Of a stretch of 40,050 nt of DNA, positions 18,027 through 28,041 are shown piece by piece. Under the pieces are notes generated by a model. It worked only from the letters and a program-made list of their open reading frames with translations, ran no database searches and was not told the origin of the DNA. This stretch comes from Gemmatimonadota bacterium (GTDB taxonomy: Bacteria; Gemmatimonadota; Gemmatimonadetes; Gemmatimonadales; GWC2-71-9). A program made the translations under genes and the position numbers. Location: NCBI GenBank assembly GCA_039586365.1, contig JBDHKN010000063.1, forward strand, positions 1 to 40,050, written 5' to 3'. Each line of letters begins with the position of its first letter. Position 1 is the stretch's first letter.

Positions 18027-21000
18027 GAAGCCACCGCCTCCTGGCCCAGCCGTACTCCCACGATCGTCGACACACCGGGTTCCTGCATTGTGACACCGTA
18101 GACAGCGTCCGCCACCTGCATCGTGCGAGGATTGTGTGTGATCACAATGAACTGCGTTTCTGACTTGAACTCGTCGAGCAGGCGTACGAACCGGGTTACG
18201 TTCGCGTCGTCGAGCGGCGCATCAACCTCGTCGAGCAGACAGAACGGGGCGGGTTTCGTCAGGTAGATTGCGAACAACAGCGAGAGCGCCACCAGAGCCC
18301 GCTCCCCTGACGAGAGAAGATGGATACGCTGAACACGTTTTCCCCGTGGGGCCGCGAAGATATCGATCGGGCTGGCTAGTGGATCATTTCCGTCTTCGAG
18401 CCTGACGTCACACTCGCCGCCTTCGAATAGTGTCTGAAACACGCTCGCAAAGTTCTCTCGGATCCGCGTGAACGTTTCGAGGAACATGACGCGTGCCGTC
18501 TCATCTATCTCCCGCAGGGCCTGCAGCAAAGTAGTCCGAGCTTCAACCAGATCTCCGCGCTGTTCCTCCAGGAACTCCAGGCGCTTGACCTCTTCCGCGT
18601 GTTCGTGTACCGCCAGTGGATTGACCGGACCCAGCGCTTCGACCGTGCGCGCCAGGTGCTCGGCGTCCTCACGGAGCGAGGCAGTATCGCCTTCCATTCC
18701 CGTGGCCGCTTCGATCAACTCCGGCAGCGGTTTGTGCCACTCGGCTTCCACGCGTTCCACTAGGGCTTGGCGACGTCCGGACGTTTGCGTCAGTGCGAGT
18801 TCGACAGCATGATCCCGTTCCGTTATCGTGTCCAACTCGGAGCGCGTATCGGCCATCTTCTGTTCGGCTCTGGCCAGGTCAGTCTCGGCTGATTGAGTGG
18901 CCTGGGCTGCCTCTCGGGTAGCCACTTCGAGTTCCTGCACCGTGACACGGCGTTCCGCAAGATCGTCCTCCCACTGGGCACGGCTGAGCTGTGACTCGTC
19001 GGTGGACCGATCGATCTCAATCATTTCTCGATCGAGGGCTTCCATCGCCTGTCGGGCTTGCTGGAGTGCCTGCTCGGCACGGGCTTCTTGCTCGCGTGCT
19101 GAAGTTTCACGGGCGGACACTTGCGCTTCTTCTACTTGCCAGTGAACTCGTCTCTCGCGGGCGGCCTCCTGGGCTGTTTCCAATTCGGCGAGCGCAGATC
19201 TGTGTGTTTCCAGCTCGCGCACCAGCCGTGCCCTTTCCTGTTCCGCCACGGTGAGGTCAGCCACCAGGTTCTTGAGGCGTGCGCCGCGCTCCTCGACGCG
19301 GTGCCTCAGTCGAGCCAATAGCTCGTCAGCCTCAGATCTCTCTCGTTCGGCACGGTGCAGGAGCCTGCCGGCAGCATCGCTCGCGCCCTGCGCTTCGTGC
19401 AGCGAGCTGCGAGCCTGGTCTAGGCGGGCAGAAGCGGACTCTAGTGCGCGCTCCGCGGAAGCGTGCTCGACCACCGCGCGCTGAACCTTGCGCTTCAGTT
19501 CGGCCAGTTGCTGCTGCGCTGCGTCCAGGTCTCGCGTGAGCGCGTCTATTTCTGCGCGCCGGCTCAGTGGCCCCGTGCTGTCACCGCTATGTAGGTAGAC
19601 TGCTCCATTCGACAGACGTATCGCCTCGCCTTCGGCGTCGAGGCTGTCGGAACCCGTCAGCAGGGCGCCCACCCAATCTTGGGCTGGTTGTGCTACCGTC
19701 AGTTCGGGTGGCAAAGTGGCACCACCAGCGGCGGTGGGCCCCGGCGCCACCGGAAGCAGGATCAATGGTCCGGGCTGAGTCTCGAGATGCCATTGCCGCA
19801 CGGCTGAGACTACCTGCTCGTCCCGCACCAGCACCGCATGGAGCCAGTCAGCCAGCAGCCGCTCGGCCAAGCGGGCGTCAGACCGGCTGGTCGAGATGTA
19901 GTCACTCAACGGCCCGAGGACGCCATCATCTCCAAACCTACTCCTCGAGCGTAACAGCTCCTGGGCGGCCGGCGCCAAACCTTCACGCACCCGCTCGAGT
20001 TCTGCAAGGGCCTCACGTCTGGCGCTGAGTTGGGCGATCCTCTCTCCGCCAGCCCGCAGTTCGACTCGGATTGCGGCTTCTCGCTCTCTTGCGGCCGCCA
20101 GACTGTGCCGGGTACGCTCCAGCCCACTTGCCGCGTCCTGCTCTTCACGACGGGCGGCCTCCAGTTGTGATCCTCTGGACTCCACCTCGCTGCGAGCCCG
20201 CTCGAGTTCCTGACCGGCGTCGTCGCACCGGCTGTTTGACTCCGTAACCTGTACGCTCAGGTCTTCGATCTCCCGTTCGATAACCGCTTTCTCACCGGCG
20301 ATGGAACGCAGGAGCTCGGCCTTCTGCTGCAGTTCGGTCTCCACGTCGCGCACGAGTCTCCGGTGTTCCGTGAGGTGTCCGCGGACTTCACCCTCGGTGC
20401 TGACTCTGAGATCCAGCTCCGTCTGTACCGACTCGCGTGCCTGTGCCGCAGCGGCACGCTCCGCGGCTGCTGCTTCGCGTTCTCGGTCGGCTTGGACCGC
20501 CAGCTCGTCGGCCTGCTGCCGCTCTTCCATTGCGCGGTTCTTGCGTGCCGTGGCATTGGCGAGCTTTTCGTCTGCGAGGTTGATGTCGCCCTCGAGGTGC
20601 TCGATAGCCACTCGTGCCTCGCCCAAGCGTCGTTCCAGCTCGGTGCGTCTCGCCTCGGCAGTCGCCCTTACCTGGATGTGATGCTCACGCTCACGCTCCA
20701 GCCCGGTGAGCTGATCCTTCACCTGCGGAATGCGTAGCGCGAGCTCATCCCGCACACGCTGCGATTCCTGTTCGCGCTCAGCGATGTGAGCCAACTCCCT
20801 CTGCGTCAGCGTCATGATGATGTTGAACCGTTCGGCCATGAACTTTTCGTGGCGTTCGGCCTTGCCGCGCTGGCGCGCTAGGCTGCGTACCTGGGTCCTG
20901 ACTTCAGTGATCAGGTCATCGAGCCGCTGAAGATCTTCTGAAGTCTTCTCCAGCCGGCGCTCTGAACTGATCTTGCGATCACGATACAAGCCGATTCCGG

Positions 21001-21493
21001 CAGCTTCCTCGAAAAGTGAGCGGCGTTCGTCGGGTCGGTCTGACAGCAGTCTGTCGATCATCTGTGCTTCAATCACAACACCGACATCACTACCGAGACC
21101 GGTACCTTGCAGCAGATCGTGGAGATCCTTGAGCCTCAGTGAGGTGCCGTTTAATTGGTATTCGCTCTGCCCGCTACGGGAGAGCCGGCGTGTAACCACG
21201 ACCTCGTTGTAGGCTACGGGCAGTGTATCATCGCTGTTGTCCATGTACAGTGAGACGTCAGCGATGTTGGTGGGACGGCGCCGGGAGGAACCTTGGAAGA
21301 TCACCTCATCCATCTTAGCCCCTCGCAACAGGCGCACGCGCTGCTCGCCCAGAACCCAGCGGACCGCATCGGAGATGTTGGACTTGCCGCAGCCATTGGG
21401 GCCGACTATGGCGGTTACACCGTCTTCAAACGGCAGGTTGATTGTATCAGCGAATGACTTGAAGCCCGACAGCTCGAGCCGGGTTAGTTTCAT
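18023..21493 (-). CDS. smc: Chromosome segregation protein SMC
   Basis: GFKSF, Walker A GPNGCGKSN, long coiled coils with hinge, GPVN, LSSGE signature, LLDEVDAPLD, ITH. Confidence 0.97.
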   Translation of the reverse strand: MKLTRLELSGFKSFADTINLPFEDGVTAIVGPNGCGKSNISDAVRWVLGEQRVRLLRGAKMDEVIFQGSSRRRPTNIADVSLYMDNSDDTLPVAYNEVVVTRRLSRSGQSEYQLNGTSLRLKDLHDLLQGTGLGSDVGVVIEAQMIDRLLSDRPDERRSLFEEAAGIGLYRDRKISSERRLEKTSEDLQRLDDLITEVRTQVRSLARQRGKAERHEKFMAERFNIIMTLTQRELAHIAEREQESQRVRDELALRIPQVKDQLTGLEREREHHIQVRATAEARRTELERRLGEARVAIEHLEGDINLADEKLANATARKNRAMEERQQADELAVQADREREAAAAERAAAAQARESVQTELDLRVSTEGEVRGHLTEHRRLVRDVETELQQKAELLRSIAGEKAVIEREIEDLSVQVTESNSRCDDAGQELERARSEVESRGSQLEAARREEQDAASGLERTRHSLAAAREREAAIRVELRAGGERIAQLSARREALAELERVREGLAPAAQELLRSRSRFGDDGVLGPLSDYISTSRSDARLAERLLADWLHAVLVRDEQVVSAVRQWHLETQPGPLILLPVAPGPTAAGGATLPPELTVAQPAQDWVGALLTGSDSLDAEGEAIRLSNGAVYLHSGDSTGPLSRRAEIDALTRDLDAAQQQLAELKRKVQRAVVEHASAERALESASARLDQARSSLHEAQGASDAAGRLLHRAERERSEADELLARLRHRVEERGARLKNLVADLTVAEQERARLVRELETHRSALAELETAQEAARERRVHWQVEEAQVSARETSAREQEARAEQALQQARQAMEALDREMIEIDRSTDESQLSRAQWEDDLAERRVTVQELEVATREAAQATQSAETDLARAEQKMADTRSELDTITERDHAVELALTQTSGRRQALVERVEAEWHKPLPELIEAATGMEGDTASLREDAEHLARTVEALGPVNPLAVHEHAEEVKRLEFLEEQRGDLVEARTTLLQALREIDETARVMFLETFTRIRENFASVFQTLFEGGECDVRLEDGNDPLASPIDIFAAPRGKRVQRIHLLSSGERALVALSLLFAIYLTKPAPFCLLDEVDAPLDDANVTRFVRLLDEFKSETQFIVITHNPRTMQVADAVYGVTMQEPGVSTIVGVRLGQEAVAS

Positions 21494-22953
21494 CGTCCGG
21501 TACCTACCCTTGGTACGAGGATTAGAGAGAGGCCCAGTCTGGCAAACGCGAAGACCGATTCCGTCAAGCGTGCCTGATCGGGCGACTCAAACGCTCCGGT
21601 CAGAACATGGACCGATCGGTCGGGCATCTCAACAATGTATGCGGGCACCCCGGATTCTCGAAGGCCCGCGGCTGTCTCAGCGGCAGAAGCGCGATCGGGT
21701 TTGACGGCTATGCGGAGCGCGTAGGGAGTGCGAAGCACAACTCCCGTCGTCGGCTCCAAGACGCCGTTGCTGTGCATTGCACTGCGAACCTCCGCTGCGT
21801 CACGGACACTCCCGTGTGCACCCACGAGTACCCGATACCAGATGTTCTCTGGTTCCCTGCGTACCGCGGTCATCGTTGCCGGGAAGCCGGCCCGATACAG
21901 TTCGCCGGTGTACTCCAGCGCATCTTCCAGTTGGGAAAACGCAGCCACCTGCACCGAGTAGTACAGTGAGTCCCCGAACTCATCAAGCATGGCCGGAGTA
22001 GTCATCACCGACGAGAGGCTGTCGGGATGTAGTGCCGAGCTGTCCGACGGGACCGTTGCGGAGGCCGTGGAGCCTGGAGCCCCCGGAGTCGTGGCGGCGG
22101 CGGCCGGTGATGAGTTGGTAGGCGAGTTGGTGGGCCGTTGTCGACCGCTTGGGTCTGACACCTGACGGTTGCTCAGCAGCAAGATCACCGACGCTACGAG
22201 CGCGGTTGATACGACGGCCACGGAGCCCAACACGAGGTCCCGCCGCCTCGTAGATTTGTCTACTGCTGTCAGATCTGCGCCATCATGCGTGGGGAAAAGA
22301 GGTTGTCTGGCTGCTTCTTCCTGGTACGGGACACCGGTCAGCACGGTGCGGGTGGACCCGAATCGCCATTTGGCGCCAGGTGTAGGCCCAGGAACGATCC
22401 GCACCGCCGGGATGCCGCGTTCCGAGGCCAGTTGCCGCACCTTCGTTTCACGGTCCCTGGCCGGCTCATTCCTAGGAGACAGGACCACAATCAGATCCGG
22501 AGTCACGGCAAGATGGCCAAGACCTGAAGCCGGAACATACAGCAGCAGCACCGCCCCTTCGCTGGCAAATCCCCTAACCAGTCGCTCCCATCGTGGAGAC
22601 CCCCATACCTTGGCCGAGTCGCTCGGTGGCGTCCCAACTCCGATGAAGTGAAGGCCAGGGACATCCTGCTGGTTGGAGACATGTTCTAGGGAAGCGCCGA
22701 ACAGGAACGCGTCCACGATGCCTGTTTCCGGTGGATCCTGTACGCCGGTGTGGAGGACGGGGTCGTCGAGGCTCAAATCCACCAGGGCGACTCTCGTTCC
22801 CGCTCTCGCTGTCGCTCGGGCGAAATCCCACGCGGTATAGGCTGCCCACTGTGTATCCCCGGTTACGTCAGTTATTACAACGAGGTTCCTCCCGGCGAGT
22901 AGCGAGGAAACGGCGTGTGGAATGTCGGTCCGCGTGATCCGCCGCGGTGTCAT
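21490..22953 (-). CDS. Membrane protein: degenerate MinD/CpsD-like N-domain, TM helix, low-complexity linker, two SPOR domains
   Basis: RVALVDL; TM LVLGSVAVVSTALVASVILLLS; SPOR YSVQVAAFS...WYRVLVGA, and a second repeat ending VLTGAFES. Confidence 0.75.
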   Translation of the reverse strand: MTPRRITRTDIPHAVSSLLAGRNLVVITDVTGDTQWAAYTAWDFARATARAGTRVALVDLSLDDPVLHTGVQDPPETGIVDAFLFGASLEHVSNQQDVPGLHFIGVGTPPSDSAKVWGSPRWERLVRGFASEGAVLLLYVPASGLGHLAVTPDLIVVLSPRNEPARDRETKVRQLASERGIPAVRIVPGPTPGAKWRFGSTRTVLTGVPYQEEAARQPLFPTHDGADLTAVDKSTRRRDLVLGSVAVVSTALVASVILLLSNRQVSDPSGRQRPTNSPTNSSPAAAATTPGAPGSTASATVPSDSSALHPDSLSSVMTTPAMLDEFGDSLYYSVQVAAFSQLEDALEYTGELYRAGFPATMTAVRREPENIWYRVLVGAHGSVRDAAEVRSAMHSNGVLEPTTGVVLRTPYALRIAVKPDRASAAETAAGLRESGVPAYIVEMPDRSVHVLTGAFESPDQARLTESVFAFARLGLSLILVPRVGTGR

Positions 22954-24344
22954 TGGAGAGGTGGAGTAGTATCGCGGGTCAGGATCCAGAACGGACGCCC
23001 CAGCCTACGACCGTTATCTTCGGCCTCCTCGCGGCTGGTGTAGGGGCCCAGCACTACCCGGTACCGCTCCTCCGTTGAATCGGGCTGCAACACGGTGGCA
23101 TCCAGCCCAGCGGCGCGCAGTTCTTGGGCCAGGTCCTCGGCCCAAGCCACGTTACCCGAGCTGCTGACCTGTACGTAGAGTAGCTGCCCAGCCTGTTGCT
23201 CCGTGGCCTGCCGATCTGCCGTGCGCTCCAAGGCCGGCCGGTGCGGGTCCCAACCTGCAACCAGCCAGAGATCGTCCTCTCTGGCGGCTATAGTGGATAT
23301 CATGGTGGTGCTCTCCCAGTCGAAGGCAGCCAGACTACCGTCCTGTCCGAGTAGGACGGTTCCATCCGGAGCCACGGTCGGGAGATCCTCTGCCCAGGTG
23401 CTCTGCACAGTAGCAGCGAGCTGGAGGCTGGCTGCATCAACGATCCATACGGAGTCGGCTGCCGCGGCCCGGACCAGCAGGACCCTACCCAACGGATCCA
23501 TCCGGATCGCTCCGACTTGACCCGGCAGTTCGGACCGTTGTAGTACGCTGCTCTCGAACCGACCTACCGCTACCAGTTCGCGTGCTCCTAGCATCGCGTA
23601 GACCCGGTGACCCGAGGGTGAGATTGCGGGCATCTGTGGGCGGGGAGACAATGCCACAAAGCTGAATCTGTCAGGATCATCCGGCTCGAACATGGCGAGG
23701 CCGGAGTCGGTCGCTACGACTGCCAGACGTCCCCAGCGGGACAGCACTAACTTGCCAACCGGCAGAAACTGGCGAACCGGCGTCTGGCCCCTGCCCAAGG
23801 ACACCAGCTCCCGGTTTTCACCGCTGCCGGTCGCGGCAACCAGACGGCCTCGTGCGGCTCCCCAAACCCGCTCTGCCTCAACGAGTGTGTCCGGCCAGGG
23901 GACAGCCCGGCGCTGCTCAACCTCTGCCACCGAACCGTCGGTATGCAACAGATACGTGATGCCTGAGGGCCCTATCGTGGCTGCAACCACGTTGGAATCG
24001 ATCGTGCGGGAACGACCGCTTATGAGATCCAGGGCTACCAAGTCCTGTCCAGCGGAATCGCCTTCCACCAGAGTGAGAATCAGATCGGCATTGCTCGCAA
24101 ACCCCACTACACTGGTCGTACGGTGGCGTGTGGTCTCGAATCGCCACGATACCTCGTCGAGATCCGGCAACCGGTATAGCCGAACCTGACTGCCAACCGC
24201 CGGGATCCGGAATGCCACAGACGTTCCCAACTCGATGTCCTTGGGCATGCTTGCGAAGGCCTCCCGGACAGAGTTGGTCTCTGGTGCGCCCCGGCATGCA
24301 GATGAGGCGGCGATGATGATCAGAAGAGCGCGCTGGACCTTCAC
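22950..24344 (-). CDS. Lipoprotein with beta-propeller-like region and C-terminal SPOR domain
   Basis: Lipobox-like ASSAC after a hydrophobic stretch; propeller-like repeats (ISPSGHRVY, DPLGRVLLV); SPOR YVQVSS...YRVVLGPYTSREEA. Confidence 0.75.
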   Translation of the reverse strand: MKVQRALLIIIAASSACRGAPETNSVREAFASMPKDIELGTSVAFRIPAVGSQVRLYRLPDLDEVSWRFETTRHRTTSVVGFASNADLILTLVEGDSAGQDLVALDLISGRSRTIDSNVVAATIGPSGITYLLHTDGSVAEVEQRRAVPWPDTLVEAERVWGAARGRLVAATGSGENRELVSLGRGQTPVRQFLPVGKLVLSRWGRLAVVATDSGLAMFEPDDPDRFSFVALSPRPQMPAISPSGHRVYAMLGARELVAVGRFESSVLQRSELPGQVGAIRMDPLGRVLLVRAAAADSVWIVDAASLQLAATVQSTWAEDLPTVAPDGTVLLGQDGSLAAFDWESTTMISTIAAREDDLWLVAGWDPHRPALERTADRQATEQQAGQLLYVQVSSSGNVAWAEDLAQELRAAGLDATVLQPDSTEERYRVVLGPYTSREEAEDNGRRLGRPFWILTRDTTPPLQ

Positions 24345-24351
24345 GGCCGGA

Positions 24352-24380
24352 AGATTAGAGACCTGCACTGGATGGGGCAA
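24352..24380 (-). promoter_or_regulatory. Sigma70-type promoter predicting a leaderless transcript
   Basis: TTGCCC-17 nt-TAATCT, then 7 nt, then GTG (24344). Confidence 0.55.
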
Positions 24381-24397
24381 GACTGCAAATCATCACT

Positions 24398-24784
24398 TCA
24401 CTCCATGGTGATGGTCGGAGCGTCTGCCCAGAGCCGTTCGAGCTGATAGAACTGCCGCAGTGTCGGGTGGAAGACGTGCACGACGAAATCCACATAGTCC
24501 AGCAGCGCCCAGCGCCCCGCCCTGACTCCCTCTACATGGTGTGGCGGGAGACCCGCTTTGTCGAGCACACCCTCGACGTGTTCGGCGAGTGCCCGCACAT
24601 GCACGTCGGACGACCCGGAGGTCACGACGAAGTAGTCCGCTGCCTCACTGAGCTTGCGAATATCCAGCACGACTGTGTCGATGGCCTTGTGGTCGCCCAG
24701 GGTGTTGACGGCAAGACGAAGATGCAGGCGCTCGTCAACCGGAGCGGTCGGAGCGGCTGGCTTCCCGGGAGTCTTTCCTGTCAA
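24398..24784 (-). CDS. rsfS: Ribosome silencing factor
   Basis: KAIDTVVLD, DYFVVTSG, WALLDYVDFVVHVF, R.FYQLERLW; start uncertain (TTG 24784 or CTG 24799). Confidence 0.92.
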   Translation of the reverse strand: MTGKTPGKPAAPTAPVDERLHLRLAVNTLGDHKAIDTVVLDIRKLSEAADYFVVTSGSSDVHVRALAEHVEGVLDKAGLPPHHVEGVRAGRWALLDYVDFVVHVFHPTLRQFYQLERLWADAPTITME

Positions 24785-24795
24785 GCCGGAATCCG

Positions 24796-26604
24796 TCAGT
24801 CTTCCACCTGATAGAACACCGCCCAGGCACCAGGACCAACGTGAACCCCGACAGCGGCGGCAACGTTGGCCACGAGCATAGTGCGCGGAGCGTACCGAGC
24901 TACCAGGTCCGCCCGCAGTCGTTCGGCGGTTGCCTCGTCTCCTGCGTGAGCGACGGCCAGACGCAGCGAGGAGGGTGGCGGAGTGAGTCGCCGATCCAGG
25001 TGCTTGAGCACCCGGGGAATCAAGTGTTCGCTCCCGCGGACGCGATCGAGGGGTACGACCCGACCCTCCAAATCGACTTCCAGAATCGGCTTGATATCGA
25101 GGAAACTGCCCAACCAGGCCCGTCCGCGGCTCACCCTTCCGGACCGGAGCAGGTTGTCGAATACGTCTACGGTGACCAGCAAGCCAGACTGGTTGCGAAT
25201 CCGGTCGAGTTCCTTGTGAATTTCGTCCGGCGTCCACCCTTCCTGCGCCAACTCCGCCGCGTGCAAAGCCAACAGTCCGAGTCCGAACGATACACTGCGG
25301 GAATCGATGATTGTGAGTCCGTCTAGCCCGCTGGCCTCGACTGCGGCCCGGGCTGAGGAAAGCGTCCCTGATAATGCACTGGCCAGAAATATCCCTACGA
25401 CTTCGTCAGCGTCAGCCCGAGCGTCCTCGAAGGCCCGGGCAAACGCTCCCGGCGTAGGCTGAGATGTGGTGAAGATCGTATCCTCCGCCCTCATACGGGC
25501 GTACAACTCCGCTCCTTGGATGTCGATTCTGTCGAGGTATGTCTTGGAGCCTTCGATCACCTGCAGGGGAACCACTACTATGCGGTGCTGATCGATCAGG
25601 TCGTCCGGCAGGTCGCACGACGAATCGGTCACAATCGCTATCTTACGCCGTTCTTCATGTAGCTCCCGGTGCTGCTCTCGCATGTCCTCTGCCTTGGTCG
25701 TCTCGATCACACCCCATCCGCTCACCAGGGTGAACACTGCGTCCGGCGTGTCGGTGTGGATGTGGATCTTGAGCAGGTCATCGGTGGCCAGTACCACGAT
25801 CGATCCACCCAGCTCACGTAGCTGCGCCCTGATCTCGGTCGAAGGAGGGAAGGCCTCGCCTCTGGCCAGAGCTTCAGTGCAGTATTGATAGTCGCGTTCG
25901 GCAACCACCTGTGCGAGTGCGGCCGCGTCAGGTATGTAATAGGTTAGCGGCTCTTCCGCCGGGAGAATCGGGTCGCCCTCGATCAGGCGCACGATGCCTT
26001 CGAGCATACGTACGAACGCTTTGGCTCCGGCATCTACCACGCCGGCATCTTTGAGTACGGCCAGCAGCTCCGGTGTTTCCGACAGGGTTTGCTCCGAGTG
26101 CTTGAGCACCCGAATCATGAGTTCCTCGAAGTTTTCGGTTTCCAGTGCAGCTCGCTCCGCCTCCACCGCTGCTTCACGCGCTACCGTGAGGATCGTGCCC
26201 TCGACCGGCTCGTCCAGCGACTGGTGCAGCCTTTCGGCTCCCCGCCTTATTGCGGTTGCCACTTCTCCAGGCGTAGCTGAGATCTTCTCGCGCAGCGTAT
26301 CCCGAAATCCCAGGAGGAACTGCGACAACAGCATGCCCGAGTTGCCGCGCGCATTGAACACGCTGGTTTCGGCCATTGTCGCGAGGACGGTAGGCAGGGG
26401 GGCGGGGTCGAGCTTCCGAACCGCCTCCGCCACGGCTCTCATGGTGGATGCGAAGTTGGTGCCCGTATCTCCGTCTGGAACCGGAAAGACATTGATCCGG
26501 TTGAGTTCCTCACGCCCGGCGTCGATCCAATCAGCCGCAGCAAGGAGGGAGGCCCTGAGTCTAGGACCGTCCAGGTAGCCGATCCCGATGGAAATGCCCG
26601 ACAC
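24796..26604 (-). CDS. DAK2 (FakA-like) - DegV (FakB-like) fusion, fatty-acid kinase family
   Basis: LNRINVFPVPDGDTGTN, ARGNSG, VVDAG, KIHIHT; then IVTDSSCDL, TSQP, LSGT, GVHVGPG. Confidence 0.92.
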   Translation of the reverse strand: MSGISIGIGYLDGPRLRASLLAAADWIDAGREELNRINVFPVPDGDTGTNFASTMRAVAEAVRKLDPAPLPTVLATMAETSVFNARGNSGMLLSQFLLGFRDTLREKISATPGEVATAIRRGAERLHQSLDEPVEGTILTVAREAAVEAERAALETENFEELMIRVLKHSEQTLSETPELLAVLKDAGVVDAGAKAFVRMLEGIVRLIEGDPILPAEEPLTYYIPDAAALAQVVAERDYQYCTEALARGEAFPPSTEIRAQLRELGGSIVVLATDDLLKIHIHTDTPDAVFTLVSGWGVIETTKAEDMREQHRELHEERRKIAIVTDSSCDLPDDLIDQHRIVVVPLQVIEGSKTYLDRIDIQGAELYARMRAEDTIFTTSQPTPGAFARAFEDARADADEVVGIFLASALSGTLSSARAAVEASGLDGLTIIDSRSVSFGLGLLALHAAELAQEGWTPDEIHKELDRIRNQSGLLVTVDVFDNLLRSGRVSRGRAWLGSFLDIKPILEVDLEGRVVPLDRVRGSEHLIPRVLKHLDRRLTPPPSSLRLAVAHAGDEATAERLRADLVARYAPRTMLVANVAAAVGVHVGPGAWAVFYQVED

Positions 26605-27050
26605 TACTCTTCCTTGACGACCCAGACTCTCACTTCTGCGTGAACCTCCGCATGCAGTCGGATTGGGACTTTGTATATCCCGATCATCTTGATGGGATCT
26701 TCCAGCTCGATTGAGCGCTTATCGATCGCATAGCCGCGTTGAGCTAGTTTATCAGCGATGTCCGCGGACGTGATCGAGCCGAAGAGCTTGTCGCCTTCTC
26801 CAGCCTTGACGATGAACTCCAGAGACAGGTCTTGCAGTTTCCCCGCGAGGATCTCGGCGTCCGCCTGTTCGGAGACCATCCGCTGGGCGCGCTTCACAGC
26901 TTCCGCCTCGACGCGACGCTTGTTACCGGCTGTGGCCAAGTAGGCCAGGCCCCGCGGAATCAGGTAGTTGCGGGCGTATCCGTCCTTCACCTTGACCAGA
27001 TCACCGGCTCGCCCGAGACTCGGCATTGTCTCTCTCAGAATCACTTCCAT
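26604..27050 (-). CDS. rplI: 50S ribosomal protein L9
   Basis: LGRAGDLVKVKDGYARNYLIP, KLFGSIT. Confidence 0.98.
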   Translation of the reverse strand: MEVILRETMPSLGRAGDLVKVKDGYARNYLIPRGLAYLATAGNKRRVEAEAVKRAQRMVSEQADAEILAGKLQDLSLEFIVKAGEGDKLFGSITSADIADKLAQRGYAIDKRSIELEDPIKMIGIYKVPIRLHAEVHAEVRVWVVKEE

Positions 27051-27054
27051 CTAA

Positions 27055-27990
27055 TCACTCACTTGTTCGCGGTGACGACCACCGCCGTCTGATGTCTAGG
27101 CCGGAATCAACCACGCCTAGTAGGATGGCACCTGGAAGCGCAACCGGCAATAGCAAGAGTGCCGCCAGGATTACGAGAGCGACGCCCAGGCCTCCACCAA
27201 TGCGAAGCAGGCTGATGCCGAACGCGATCACAGCCACGCCGCGTATGGCGTACAAGGCTCCCAGGACCAGCAGCACGTTGGTGGCAGCCAGTCTTGCCGC
27301 GGCGAGCTTAGGAAGCAAGACCACCCCCAAGGGTATGATCGCCAGCCAACCAAGCTGGTCGTTGAAACGGAAGTCTCGCAGCCGGCCTACCGCTGTACCG
27401 CGAGGCGTCGCGGCCACCCGGTGATAGATCGCCGTTCCCAGCACCATGCCGGCCGTGAGTTCCAACGCGACGATCCCCGCGTGGTAGTCACTCATGAATC
27501 TCACTGCGTCGTTCACCAACTGTGCGAACTGGGACGAGCCAGACCCATTGGGGCTTTGGGCTATCCACATGGCACTCGACAGCATGCGCGCGGTGTAGCC
27601 TGCTCGGTGTCCTACCCACCAGTGCAGCTCTCCCCACGAGGACCCCACCGCATACAACATGTTGCCGACAGCGAAAGCAGCCATGGCAATTGCGAGCAGG
27701 GCTCTGTGTGTGACGGTTGTCCTGGTGTACAGTGCTCCCGGAACGAACACGGCAACTGCTATCACAATGCCAGCTCTCATAAGCTGGTCCGGTAGTTCAC
27801 CGGCCGTGATCAGCCAAGCGATGCTGAAGCTGCCTGCGATGGCAGCCACGACGATCTCACGTGTGGTCCGGGGCGGCGTGGCCGCAAGGAGCAGAGCCAA
27901 TGGGAGTGCGAACAGAGCTGCAGGCGCGAACATCACGAACAGTATCGTTGCGAGCAGCACCCCTCGATGATGCAGCAGCCATTGTCCCAT
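27055..27990 (-). CDS. DUF2232/YybS-like multi-pass membrane protein
   Basis: Many hydrophobic segments; C-terminal LGVVDSGLDIRRR; position between rpsR and rplI. Confidence 0.8.
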   Translation of the reverse strand: MGQWLLHHRGVLLATILFVMFAPAALFALPLALLLAATPPRTTREIVVAAIAGSFSIAWLITAGELPDQLMRAGIVIAVAVFVPGALYTRTTVTHRALLAIAMAAFAVGNMLYAVGSSWGELHWWVGHRAGYTARMLSSAMWIAQSPNGSGSSQFAQLVNDAVRFMSDYHAGIVALELTAGMVLGTAIYHRVAATPRGTAVGRLRDFRFNDQLGWLAIIPLGVVLLPKLAAARLAATNVLLVLGALYAIRGVAVIAFGISLLRIGGGLGVALVILAALLLLPVALPGAILLGVVDSGLDIRRRWSSPRTSE

Positions 27991-28041
27991 GGTTGTTGCT
28001 GACCGCTTCCGAGCAAGCCGCCCGGGGGGGGCGACCCGCCC

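Noticed and set aside
24800..25237. Long N-terminal extension of RsfS
   Set aside because: Overlaps the DegV domain in another frame; RsfS similarity is confined to the last ~115 codons
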